A stretch of DNA of 62,979 nucleotides, the filler included, from Choristocarpus tenellus KU-1152 (lineage: Eukaryota > Protista > Phaeophyceae), in NCBI GenBank assembly GCA_964200185.2. It is 8 parts of 8 records of this genome, joined end to end, with 100 filler letters (N's around TTAATTAATTAA, not from the genome) between each part and the next. Parts side by side here need not be neighbours in the genome. Positions count along the whole stretch, not along the records: positions 9,935 to 29,261 come from CAXNAD020000471.1; positions 29,362 to 32,149 come from CAXNAD020024748.1; positions 32,250 to 40,327 come from CAXNAD020005187.1; 5 more parts are not named here. One strand, written 5' to 3'. Positions 25,456 through 38,010 of the stretch are shown here, piece by piece (within the stretch, counting starts at the first letter, position 1; each line of letters begins with the position of its first letter). Made by a program: the position numbers and the translations under genes. The notes under the pieces were generated by a model. That model saw only the letters and a list, made by a program, of their open reading frames with translations, had not been told where the DNA came from and searched no databases.

Positions 25456-26170
25456 GCGATCACCTCGAGTGCATGACAACAAGCAGCATATAGTTAAGGA
25501 AGATATTTTCGAGGTTCCCATGCAGGGTGTGGACCAATTGAAGAAGAGAAGTGACATGGCAGCTATCCAAGGTCACGAGGATGAGGAAATCAATACAGGT
25601 TGTGACCTTGTCATTCCTGAGTCTACTGAGTCGCCTGGACGACCTGTGGCACAAGAAGAAGGGGAGAGGAGGACATCAGCCATCTCTCTCTCGAGTTCAT
25701 TTACTTCCAACATAGAATCGTTTTCAGAAGTGCAAGACGATGCACAGCAGATAAACATGGCAGCACATTTCATACATTCCGTGCAGATTGTGGAACACGT
25801 TGAGGAGGAGAATGACATAGAAAGTCTCAAGGGCCATGGGAACGATGGATTCAGCACAGGCAGTTACATGGTTGCCTCCAACATACCTAAGTCCATTGAA
25901 GGACCTGTTGAAGGAGGAGAAGAGAACAGAGTGTCAGTCACATCTATCTCGAGTCCATGCACTTCCAACTTGCAACAGTCCTCTCGAAAATACGACGATG
26001 AGCAGCAGACAAATACGGCGGCACATTCTATTGATCTAGCGCAGGGTGAGGAAGAGGCCAAGGAGGAAAGCGCTCTTGAAGATATACAAGATTATGATGA
26101 TGATGATTTCAGCGCAGGTGATGACACTGACAACCTTGATGCAGCTGAATCGAGTGAAGGGCATGTAGAG
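22850..26170 (+). repeat. 13 degenerate ~270-bp (~90 aa) coding repeats, consensus IQDYDDDEFSxGSGADxPDxPELTEGPVEEE
   Basis: Motif recurs near 22867, 23150, 23430, 23695, 23977, 24235, 24508, 24772, 25045, 25318, 25565, 25826, 26084. Confidence 0.9.
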
Positions 26171-27040
26171 GAGGAGATGCATGCGGAGAGGGTGGAATAT
26201 CAGGGAAATGTGAGAAAATGATGGTGATATGTACAACAATGTGCAAAATGATACCTGATATGTTACATGATTTTCTAATACATAGATCAGCATGACTTGA
26301 AATCATAAACCTCTCCCATCACGAAGAATACTCCAGATGACACCATAGTATGTATCCGTTTCCCACTTCGGAGATACTCATCTTCCATTTGGTTTGGGAC
26401 ATGTTCACATTCTTGAGGAGACCTGAGTGTTGTACTTTGTAGAGTCGAAGTAAATGAGAGGTATCAAGGGTTACATTTTAAAGATGCTGACAAAAAACGT
26501 ACAAAATTCGGCTTTTTGTACAATTTTGTATAGGAAATTTTCCTAATTCTGTAAAATGTAGCTCAAAATGCAAAACAGTCAAAATCTGGGTACCTCTAGT
26601 CTACTTTGGCCCAGCACACAGAAACTTACCTCATTTTACTATCTGTCCTAATCACAAATACGTTCTCCAGTCTCAGTACCGAATCTCATTAACCATTACT
26701 ATTTTGAGAAGAAATGAATTTGAATATGTAACTTGAATGCTTAGTACTTCAGTCAAAACAAGGCGCCGAAGTAGGATTGATGTCTCATCCCGAAAGCTTA
26801 AGTCATGCTAAGTGAATGGGTACACTCTCCTCACACTGACAACACCAGTTGTTTGTGTATTGGCATGAACTGCAATGGAATGACCTTGACACCGGACCTG
26901 TCTACTCTCAGGGGTCCAAGGTCAGCGAACCAGGGGATCAAGGGCCCAACAATACAGAGGAACAGTTAGTATCAGGGTACAAGAAAAGTCCAACTAGTAC
27001 ATGTATTAATGAAGATTTTGATAGCACCTTCAATGATTAG
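25457..27040 (+). pseudogene. Frameshifted continuation of the same gene (3 more acidic repeats plus terminal exon 26912-27040)
   Basis: ORF 25469-26221 continues the same repeat motif in another frame. The donor after 26209 and acceptor before 26912 are phase-0 compatible. Confidence 0.55.
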
Positions 27041-30000
27041 TTTGAGGGCGATTTTTTGTTTTTGTTTCTGTAGAGATTTCAGTGCGTATGTTGTAGTCTT
27101 TTTGGGGAGGGATCTTTTACTCTGTGCAAGGGATGGTATTTACATGCTGCTCTCAAAGCAAGCTAGTTGTGCAATGTGTTGTCTTGGTACCGAAGTGTAT
27201 CAAGAGCTTGGCTGGGTTGCCAGATATAACAATAGCAAACAAAACATAGGCAGGCAAAGGACCAAAGTAGTGGAGAAGAGCATAGTTTGTTTTCCCCATG
27301 AGTTGCTACATATCACTCTCCCACACACAACATTTCTTTGGCCTACAGTGAACATCATCCCTGATGAGGCTCGATTCCTCAATCATGTTTGTAGAAACCA
27401 ACTCTAAGGAACAGGAAGTTGAAGTGAAGAACATTCCCAAGTAGAACCGCTTTTTATTTTATGCCCACCAGCATTTGGTAGATGTTGACAGGGGGAAAAG
27501 ACGTTATACGCAAGAGAAACACGAACACGCCAACAAAGCCCGCTACATATATAAAGCTCACAAAACAGGCCTTTCCATACGTCAAATGTTGTAATTTGGT
27601 ACTTGTTAAGGTTTACCGCTGTTGTACAAAACTACTAGTGTTAATCCACTTTTGTTCCAATAATAGAGGTAATCTGTTATTCTCAATGAGTCGAATTAAG
27701 CAGGTACCTCACACATCAACACGCCATCATGACGAGGTCATGATTACAGGATTAAGCTAAGTTGGAGGCATAGATAGGAGTGCAGTTAGTTGTGTAGCAT
27801 ACTGGTAGTAAATAGTAAATGATGATAGAAAAAAGTCTTTCACATTTGCGACTGTTACTTTTTCAGGGGTTCTGACAAATGAACGGTTTTTCATTGGTTT
27901 TTCCCCTGACATCTCCAAAATGTCAGAGGGTAAAATAATAAAAATCACAGTCTAATTATTCCAAGAATGTCAAGTGCAGTATTAGTTCTTGTAGGAGGTG
28001 TGAACTTTTCATTATTATGTTAGTATATTTCTTATTTTAACAACAGCTAGTAGATGTGCAAAATGATATCCACTACCGGAAAGTTTTATCTATTGCCCCA
28101 TGTTCTACAGTAGTGTTTTTCATTACCAAATATGATGAAATTCCTCATTTCTAGTTCGAAACAATAGTGAAAAAGTATTTAATTGGTCTCCCCTTGATTG
28201 ACACACCTGTAAAATGTCAGAGGGCATACACACTAATAAAAATATAGTGAAAAGCATTATGGCCTCGGTAAGACCCTCGGGGCAACACTCAAAGGCTTGA
28301 TGATCTCATAGAGAAATTATCCAATCGAAGCGATCAATTTGCATTTGTTTTAGCCAACAAAAATGCTACAAAAGCTGCATTGTAGAAGGACAAGATTCAC
28401 AATGATTTTAGTAACCATGGGAGATGCGCGTGTTATGTTTGCTAGCATGTCACACCCTTTCCCTGGCTCAGCCGAAACCCCGATCGTTAGGAAGGAACTA
28501 GGACTACCTCGCCAGGACAGGGCGTCCATGCACGATGAGGTATTAAGCCAAACTTCTCTGCCACACACAAAGAAGTTTGTCAACAGTGTACTGCCAACCC
28601 TTGCACCGATGCTTAAACCTGTTTTAACCCAGAACTCCGCACCCGCTGTCTGTGCTGCCTTAAACAAACAATCTACTTCGATTTCTGCGAAATATAGACC
28701 TCGTTCATTCCAAAAAGCAATGTATCAAAACTTGTTCGACGAGTCACATCCGTTCCCCAGCCTATGCTTCGATCCTCACTTGCTTTAGCCACAGACAGGG
28801 CGAGCGATAGAAGTCCACACCATTCGGATAAAGACCTACCTCCATCGCTCAATCCACTGAGGAATGTCCAGTGAAGGGTCGAATAGACGGAAGCTAACAC
28901 GGGCTACGGCAGACTGCTCTTTCGTCACGGGGCGCCCACTAACCGTGCTGAAGATGGTTTGAATTTGCCCGTCACCTTCGGGTGGCGTTTCTTGTTTTTC
29001 CATTTTTTCTTTATGATACAGTACCTACACCTATTTTATACCAACTATTATGTACCAAACCCCATTTTGCACCTCTTGTTTCGACATGCTCAAAAAAATA
29101 GGCTTTTGTACCGGAATTCTCGGGCAACTTGGTACAAATTCGGGGAGATATTTACGCGAGTTTAGCGCGCGCGTAAACATTTCTCGCGAAAAGTGCTTTT
29201 CTTCCTGAGTCATGACCACAAAGCAGTACAGTACGTTGCTGGTAGGGGAATAAAGTGGAAGNNNNNNNNNNNNNNNNNNNNNNNNNNNNNNNNNNNNNNN
29301 NNNNNTTAATTAATTAANNNNNNNNNNNNNNNNNNNNNNNNNNNNNNNNNNNNNNNNNNNNCAAAACTCGCGACATGAAACAATTGACCCCAAATGGACA
29401 GCTGCCATCCCCTCCCAGATACGTTCAGCCTATTTTGGCTCTTACCTAGTGCACTGAAGCATTACTGGTGGAATTCAATGTGGTGCATCTTGTGAGCATG
29501 CTATATGAAGAGGCTGATTGAATACTGTGAGGTACACTACCATTCAATACTGTTGTCCAGGTTAGTGAAGCATGCTTTGAGCAGAGCCTTGTGGATGAAT
29601 TAACTCTTAATATATACTATCCAGTTGTTTGTCAATGTACACGTTTCGCAAAGTGAATTGGAAGTAAGAAGAGGGGGCAACATCCTTACGATATTAAACT
29701 ATTAAGACAAGACACTAAAGTTTTTTATCTATAAGAAAAATTAGTGGAAGAGACTCAAATCTAATACTTAGTCAAGTAATGTGCGTTATGCACTAAGAGA
29801 GTTTTTATGTTGAAGAAGATCTATACCAAATGTATCAGATTTGCTGTAACCAAAAAACAATTGCAACGGTATGTCCGATCAAATACGGCTCATGGCAATA
29901 TACGTGCGATGTGAATACTTATTCATGGACGGGCCAATGGTCGGCACTAGTTCATGGTACTGATCTGCATCTAAATATTTATTATTGTGCCGTCTAACAT

Positions 30001-30168
30001 ATTGCAGATGTCTCAGAGAAAAAGCCAATTCTATATTTCTATTAACCAATTCTATATTTCTATTAACCAGTTCTCTATAATAATAAGAACCTTTGTAAAA
30101 GCCTATAAATCGCGGAGGAAGCTAGGGTATGTTTGAACACTATAACAACGCAGAGTGTAGCGGTAAGC

Positions 30169-30331
30169 GACCCAAAGTATCTGGGGGGGGGGGGAGGGGG
30201 GGTGGGTTATAGTAGGGTGTTCATTTGGGTCATATCCAGGAAAGGTACACTTGCATTATTCATCCGAGATATGTAACCAAATCACCCAAAAATCGCGACA
30301 TGAAAAAAATTACCCCCAGATGCTTTGAGCC
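30169..30331 (+). mobile_element. MITE family A, near-complete copy
   Basis: Same TIRs and internal core CCAAATCACCCAAAAATCGCGACATG. Confidence 0.8.
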
Positions 30332-32108
30332 CAAGTTGTGATCATATACCGTGCGGATTGGTATACATGCAATATTTGTTGCTTGCACACCAAGGAGGAG
30401 CCATTACTAGTGGACAGGTCAACGGTCGACACTAGTTAATGATATAGAACGGTTGTAAAGTTGTTCTCGACGGATTACTACCACGGAAGTGTCAGACAGG
30501 GCGTACTTTTCACGAGGAAATACGGAGTAGTTGGTAACCACCCCTGTTTTGTTGCGTGTGGAAGGATATAATTATTGAGTGTGTACACATCGTCACATTG
30601 GTCTTGAGGAGTTCGAGACTAGTGGTCGAAGTTAGGTAGTTCAAGAAAAGAATCACTACACGGTGATAAATACTATCTTGATCCAACATGGAAAAGTGCT
30701 TATGAAAAAATATGTAACCGAAAGAAGACAAGATAGAAAAATAATGAGTAGTACAAAAGCTTACGTACATATTGGAGTTACACTGATGCTATTTGCACAA
30801 TGAAGAGAAATGTTCTGCCCAAGGGACGGCCGACCCACCTATCTTACCTATTTGTTACGGTTCTTACTCTCATAGATTAACTAAAGGATTGAAGTGAGGT
30901 CTTGTAAGTAGACGAGTTTTTGTTTTGTATTTATTGCCGTTTTACCCTTGTAGTAGAATCACGGTAATCACTCCCATTTATTTGTAGACCGACCGATCTT
31001 CTAGTTATATTTTTTAACCTCTTCATTCAGAAACTCAGGTGAATCCACTGTGAACACCACTCATTACGAGGAATTGGACATCATCAACAAAAGTCGTCGC
31101 ACATCACCATGGCCTCGTCTCATGGGAGTAAGGGGGGGGGGAAATAAAAAAAATGTGATTCTGTGTCTCATCAAGCCCATACAATTCAACACACCATTCA
31201 TCACGCATGATGATAGAAAGGTAAGAAGAGGGACGCGAGAAAAATTGGCCCAGAAAGGATGATTTCAGTGTGAAAGCAGCATTCAGCAGGGAGTGGTGAG
31301 TCACCAAGTGTGTATGTGGCCTGATCTGCTTAGATTGCCTTACCTCCTGTAGTAGCATGACCTGCACCAGCTATTTTCTGTTTCCCTAACACACCACTTG
31401 TCTACTCGTTCACAAACCCTTTGTGCCGTCAACCCCACAACAATGTACTACCTCTGTTGGTTTTGTCGCCTATGTAATCCGTCCCTCAACCTTGATCCAA
31501 AACTAATCAAGCCCGTCTAGCGGGCAATGCAACCAGTTCTCCTCCTGCCCATTTTCCGTCCGTTTTTTCTATCTACAATACCCCCATACATATCAACACT
31601 TCTTGCAGTGGGTCATCCCCCATGCATGCAGCTGACCCTGCGAGAAGGAGCCTCCTTTTTTGAACAGGTAATCCGCTCAATGCTGCCGCATCCAGTCTTC
31701 ACAAGGGCATATTTGAAGGACACCATGTGATTGGTGTGTTGCTGTTTGCAAAATCTAATATAAAGTAAGAGGAATTTTGTGGTGGTAGGAGTGTAGCTTC
31801 ATATGGTGGACCTGGCGGAGTGTCCATGTCACACAACGGATCATATGTATTAGGACATCAAGCCTTGAGCACTAGGATCTCAAGCTTAAGAAAGAAACTT
31901 GTGATCCTGCCAGAAAAAAATTGACTGTACTTGCAGAAACAACCTTTGAGCTTGTTCACTGATCTCGGCAGTGATATTAGGTTGATCATTGATATTGCCT
32001 TCAGTATGAACAAACTTGTCAGTCTCCTTGTAGCACCAACCCCAAACCCGGACCTGCATGATGTCATGGACTTATTGGGAGGCTGAAGGCACATGGTCTC
32101 TCTCTTCA

Positions 32109-32274
32109 GGCTGAAAGTATCTCGGAGGGGGTGGCGGCTGTCCAATTGGNNNNNNNNNNNNNNNNNNNNNNNNNNNNNNNNNNNNNNNNNNNNTTAATTA
32201 ATTAANNNNNNNNNNNNNNNNNNNNNNNNNNNNNNNNNNNNNNNNNNNNCCCCCTCCCCCAGATACTTTGACCC
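32109..32274 (-). mobile_element. MITE A termini flanking a contig spacer
   Basis: GGCTGAAAGTATCTCGGAGGGGGTGGCGGCTGTCC before the gap and CCCCAGATACTTTGACCC after it. Confidence 0.7.
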
Positions 32275-33197
32275 AAAACTCTACGGTCGTGGAGGGAAGC
32301 CCAGCAGCACGTTGCATCCGGAGCATATGGAAGCACTCCAAGAAAGGAAGGCCATCTTCATGAGCCTCGTGGTACTCCACGCAATTAAATCTCTGGCACC
32401 TTCTAACCAAGGCATACCCAAAGCTTGTAGAGTGGTGGGAGAAGGGTGAGGAATGCCATTTCGAATCCGCCCATCAATTGAAATAGTGCTTCAGTCGTTT
32501 CAGTTTTTTTGTTGAAGCACGAATCGAGTTACTTGTGTCTGATTCGTGCATCAGTGTACCTTGCCTTGGTGTCCGACTACCATGTTCATGCAGTTTCCAT
32601 TCGATGGGTTATGCATTTACACAGTGGTACATTGCTACCAGTCAGAGGTGTCAGTGTATCATACATGATACTTGTCTTGAGGATTAGACCTGTGTTCATA
32701 TTTGTTTAACATAGAGTGTCCAATACAAGGTTCAGACTACTAAAATATAAAACATTTTTTAAACAACTCTTCTCCATCCTTTCCACTAAGTTTCCAATCA
32801 ATTCGCCAAGGCCTGCAATGGATACTTTGTCTTCTTACCAGTCGCTAATTATTCCGTGAACCCTACCACCTACCTCCCCTCTGCTTCTCAAATCTTTATC
32901 CACCATCTCATGCTTTTTCCAAGTGTTGACAAACGAGGGCCGATCTCGTCCTCCTTAAAATCTTGGACGATCATATCCCAAAGTCCACGCCCGATGCTCC
33001 TAACCACAACACCAACCCTGAGCGTACCCCAACACGTGCCATACCTCGACGAATGTCCTGGATCGCCACCCCCACAAACCAACACTAACCATATCCTTAC
33101 CCTAACACTTACGCTTAGCCCATCTGCATCCCGTGCCAACCTAAAATAGACAAGAGTCTTACCTGAATTACGTACCAGTGCCGTCATTGACCCTACT

Positions 33198-33455
33198 GGG
33201 TGAAAGTATCTCAGAGGGTACGAGTTTTCCCATATTTGTCCATTTGCGGCTTGACTTCCCGCTGTTTTTTTATAACATTTTCCTACCCCGAAATGTTTCG
33301 GAGTAGGTAAAATGTGTATGATATTAAAAGGTGTGTCCAGAATAAGGGTATCGACACTTCTTAACAAACACGATAGCCAAAATTAAATGAAAATCACAAC
33401 ATTGAATTTTGATCCCCGAATGGACGCAGCTCTATCCTCTCAGATACTTTGACTC
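33198..33455 (+). mobile_element. MITE family B, complete copy
   Basis: TIRs GGGTGAAAGTATCTCAGAGGGTA / TATCCTCTCAGATACTTTGACTC; perfect TSD ACT. Confidence 0.88.
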
Positions 33456-33564
33456 ACTTACACCAAACCAACCCTCCCTCATCAGGATTTATTCAACCCA
33501 TTAACCCTAACCCAGAATCAAGGGTTGTATATCTTGAGATACTTCCAGCGAAACGTACGATAAT

Positions 33565-33796
33565 AGACCTTGACCAATAAGCCTTTGTGAACACATCCAG
33601 AATCCGTCGACACATTACATCAAAGAAACAATTCACTAGTTGGGAAGTAAAACCTGACCCTTTTCACTTCCTTCATGCCAAGACCTTGACCAATAAGCCT
33701 TTGTGAACACATCCAGAATCCGTCGACAAATTACATCAAAGAAACAATTCACTAGTTGGGAAGTAAAAACTGACCCTTTTCACTTACTTCATGCCA
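33565..33796. repeat. 116-bp tandem duplication, near-identical
   Basis: AGACCTTGACCAATAAGCC... starts at 33565 and 33681. Confidence 0.92.
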
Positions 33797-34823
33797 ACAA
33801 CTTTAACCCTAACACCGTGAGCGACAACCCCGTTTGTATACATACTAAATTCCACACATGCAAGCAACTAAACGAAATAATAAATTTTAATCCGTACATG
33901 GATTATTTTTTAGTCCCTCGTGCACGCACCGGGACAACAGGCCCTAACTGACAGTCCTCTTTGTGCACATACCAGACACGACTCATGCAAGAAAATAAAC
34001 GAAAAAAATAACCTCGAAACAGTCCATGGTGTTTTTTTCAGTTCCTCGTGCTAACACTGGTTAACCCTAACACCCTAACCGACAGCCCTCTTTATGTGCC
34101 GACAAATCCCACTCATGCAACCAAGCAAGCCAGCAACTAGCCCTGAAACAACCAATGGCATATTTCTCATTCTTCATCCTAACTGTACAACCAACATACA
34201 TGTCGACATAATCCTGCTTGAACACATTCGAAATCCGACGCATGCAAACGTCGAAACTCCTAACCAAGCCTAAATAAATGGTGGCATATATTCCCATTCC
34301 TCTTGCGTACGCAAGGACAGAAGGGAACCTAATCAACAGTCTTCTTTTTTTTGCCCACATTTCCAATCCGACACGTGCGACCAAATCACACCAAAAAGGG
34401 AAAATCGAGAAAAGTGTGAAAAACGGACGCCGACACCCCCCGCCCAGATGGTTTTGCCCTTCAACATCAAGACATTTCGTGAGATTCTTCTCCTGTTGCC
34501 CAGATTCGCAAGATTCCTTTTCACGAGCAGTCTCGTCATCCACCCATCCTAATGAATCGAGCAATGTTTCGGGTAAATGCATCTCATACATAACATTAGT
34601 ATAGTGGTACCAATAGCTTCGCCCTCTGGGATCGTCCCGTCATAACGTTTGATGTAGACATGGGATAAAAAATAAAAGATTATCATAATGCCCGTCACAA
34701 TGCCCTCCAGAGTACGGACTTCGTTTGTTTTTCTCACCATTGTATTATTTTTTGAAGAAAGACCGGTCATATCGGGGTTCGAACCCTGGATTGTAGGTCA
34801 CCAAGAGTGGCAACAGATACACA

Positions 34824-35207
34824 TTACTTGATTGAAGTATAGGGTTTAGGTAGGAAAAAAGCCTCCCCACCCTTTCGTCCTGTGTGTTCACACACACGCT
34901 CTTTGACCTCGGGAAGGATGTCCTCGTCGACGCCCAGAACGAAACGCCTCTTGTCGCGACCTTGCTCCGACACCTTGATATGACCCTTAGTTAGGAAGTC
35001 TCTCTCCCATTTACTCACAGTTTCCAACCTGACCATCGCATATCCTGCTGCCATCTCGAGCGCCGTTTGACGGTCTTTTTCGTCGTTCATACACAGGTAC
35101 AGGATTCGCAGTGTTAGAGCCCTTACTCTAACATTTCCTCGTTGAGAGCCAGAAATGGGTGTGGTCCATGTTTCCTGGGTGGGCGATATTTTATCATCAA
35201 GGCGCAA
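34824..35207 (-). mobile_element. Probable N-terminal (HTH-region) fragment of a DDE transposase
   Basis: ETVSKWERDFLTKGHIKVSEQGRDKRRFVLGVDEDIL resembles the N-terminal region of eukaryotic IS630-like transposases (recalled pattern only). Confidence 0.4.
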
Positions 35208-35393
35208 GGGTGAGGGGGGACAGGCTTGAGTTGATAGAAATTTGTGTTGATTTCTCGAATGAACACAGGCCAGGATAAAGCCTTAATCAACTTTATACAT
35301 CCAACCCCAAGTCCAGGAACAAAACGAATGTACGGAATATTGCAAGAAGTGGAAGACACCAAACCATTGGTGTGCAAATAGTCTCAATCTCAC

Positions 35394-35718
35394 GAGCCAA
35401 AGTATCTTACAGGGTAGAGCCATGTCCGTTTGGGGGCCTAAATTCAATGTTGCGATTGAGCCTAAGTATCTGAGAGGGTAGAGTCGCGTCCAGTAGGGGG
35501 CCAGAATCCAATGTTACGATTTTGATGAAATTTTGGCTATCGTGTTTTTTAGGAAGTGTCAATATCCATGTTCCGGGCACACCTCTTAGCAACATACACA
35601 ATTTACAGACTCCTAAATATTTTGGAGAGTAGGAAAATGTCATAGAAGATTCTATGGAAAACCAAGCCCCAAATGGACAAAAAGGGCAAAACTCGTACCC
35701 TCTAAGATACTTTCACTC
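35394..35718 (-). mobile_element. MITE family B with duplicated ~64-bp end
   Basis: Two successive GAGCC(A/T)AAGTATCT termini (35394, 35458) and TACCCTCTAAGATACTTTCACTC at the other end. Confidence 0.8.
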
Positions 35719-35916
35719 TCACCTCCTCTTCTTTCTTGGCAACCTCGTCGATGGCTACCTCCACCTGCCTCACAACCTCTTCTAAGTAGAGGATTTGGTG
35801 GTATCGAAGAGTCCCCACAGCTGCCTTTGTTACGATCGGTTTCTCCTCTGCCATGTGAGCCCTTTCGACCTTCTTTCGGGCTTCAGAGCGCTACTGGTAC
35901 CACCTTACCAATGGGA

Positions 35917-36060
35917 GACTCAAAGTATCTGGGAGGAGGTGGCGGCTGTCCATTTGGTGCCTATTTTTCCATGTCGCGTTTTTTGGGTGATTTGGTTGCG
36001 AGTAAAGGTATCTTAGAGGGTAGAGCCGTGTCTGTTTGGGACCAAAATCCAATGCTGCGA
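35917..36060 (-). mobile_element. Chimera: MITE A end interrupted by MITE B end
   Basis: GACTCAAAGTATCTGGG...GGTTGC is joined to GAGTAAAGGTATCTTAGAGGGTAGAG. Confidence 0.7.
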
Positions 36061-36094
36061 ACGAGAAAAATGACAATGTCGAAGAAAAAAAATG

Positions 36095-36722
36095 TAGTTG
36101 CAGTACACAGAGGAACCCCTCTTGTCTTCCAAAACCACCACTGAAATATATTTTGTACTCTTCGGACATATATTCGAAAACGTAATCCTATACCCAACCC
36201 CATCTCTAACCCTAACCCTAACAATCATCGTCACCTTTGTGTGAAATATGACCCTCATCTTAGTTTTGAAAAACCAGTCGCATCAGTCTTACCACTGCTA
36301 TAATTTTTTTTTGATCTGTGAAAACTAAGTTAAGGGTTATTTTCACTGCTATCATTGGTTTTTGACTTCTTTGAACTGAGGTTAGGGTTGTTTTTCACTG
36401 CGCTGGTTAGGGTTAGGGGTGATAGAGTTAGGGTTACGGTTACGGTTATATATTTCGATATTGTGTGTGGAAAAGTGAAAAGTGGTGCATCCTTGAGAGG
36501 TGGTTGGCCAGCGCACACTGTACTGTTGTATCACTTCTTCTATAGTATTTCCTTAGCTGGTTAGGGATGTTTTTCGTAACAAACGTTAGGGCTAGGGGCA
36601 GGATTATGGTTAGGATTGGGGTTGGAGGATAGTGATAGGGTTTCGAAAATTAATCGAAAAGTGAATAAAGTAATTACAGTGATGGTTCCAGATGGCCGGG
36701 GTGCCCTTATGTACTCTAACAT
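36095..36722. mobile_element. Degenerate inverted-repeat element containing telomere-like CCCTAA/TTAGGG repeats
   Basis: 36095-36222 and 36585-36722 are diverged reverse complements. Confidence 0.55.
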
Positions 36723-37255
36723 GTTCTACAGATGATGGCGGACAAGCACAGCAGAGCAGGTATGTATCTCATCGAAGTTCAGTGAGAAAGTTTTCTCACA
36801 ATTTGTATGAAATATTTCGCCCTGGGGTGACTCTTGCAGGGACGGGGAGAGGGATATAGTTTCATAATTCGAATATATTGAGGAACCTCTTGCTAACCCA
36901 CCTTGGAGTTTACATGTTGGTCTTGGTCTGAAGTTCTTACAATACAGTGGTATAGTGACCCTTGGCAACATAGTAGAAGGCGGTAGGATCCGTTATGGTC
37001 GCCGCGAGGAAAAATATCAATCCAGATTCCACTAAGATCATACGACCTACCATCATATTTATCATTTGTAGTAAATATGGAGAGAAAATGATCTGTTTCT
37101 GTGTCTGTACTTAGCGATTTCTTCGAGAGATCTTTGACCTAATATTTTCTTATTATAGTGCTTTTCGTCTTCTCTCTTTAGTAGTAAAGTGTTGGCAGTC
37201 GCCTCTAGGACGAGACCAGTCTTCATTGTTTTGAAAGGGTTGCCCAACAAATTAA

Positions 37256-38010
37256 TCAACAATGAGCATATCAAATGAAAGCTCTGGATCTAAGCTATCA
37301 CTGGTGCAAAGGAAGTTTTTCGGAATGCTTCCAAAGTACCACTGTGAATTGAACCCGATAGAGATGGTCTGGGGCCCGGCGAAGCACTATGTACGAGGGT
37401 GCTCTGACTACATGTTGTCTGGAATGAGAGCCAACATTCCTGTCAGTCTTAAGGAGGAAGGGGGACTGTCTAGAGTAATTGTGGAGGGGCTCTTCTTCTG
37501 GTTGAGCATTGCTTACCACCTGATATATTCCAACGAGAAAGGCATGGAGTGAACCAAATTGGACAGGGTGTACAAGACATTTAAGTCTCACAGGAGGCCT
37601 GCACCTTCAGAAACCTCCTTTGCCTTGGCATGGATTGTCTGGTTAAGATGCCTGGGTCACCATGAGTGAGCCTTAGACAGCAGGTGACAACATCGCATAA
37701 ATGGGAAATAACGGAAAGATAATGGAGAGACAACAACGCCCATGTTCTCCGGGTGAAGATGACCTCTTCAGGCGTCAAAATCATCCTTAAATGCGTTGTT
37801 CGCGTGCGCCGCATGACACCCCCCCATGCGACCCGTGCGCGCGGAATACTTGATTTAAGAATGGTCCTGTATTTCTCACGATTACTACAACTTGGTCAAC
37901 CGAGACCCATCAAATATGGTTTTATGATGCTGAAGCGATTACAACAAACGAATTTTCATGAAAAAAATTGTTATTGATTAATAGTTATGGCGCGACAAAG
38001 TTGATGGAGG
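37256..38010 (+). mobile_element. Second copy of the IS630/Tc1-like DDE transposon 3' part
   Basis: Encodes MLPKYHCELNPIEMVWGPAKHY; DNA is a diverged inverse copy of 8750-9390. Confidence 0.75.

Noticed and set aside
28350-28960. GC-richer block with several 75-141 aa ORFs (possible recombinase or TE relic)
   Set aside because: No recognisable motif or consistent splice structure could be supported
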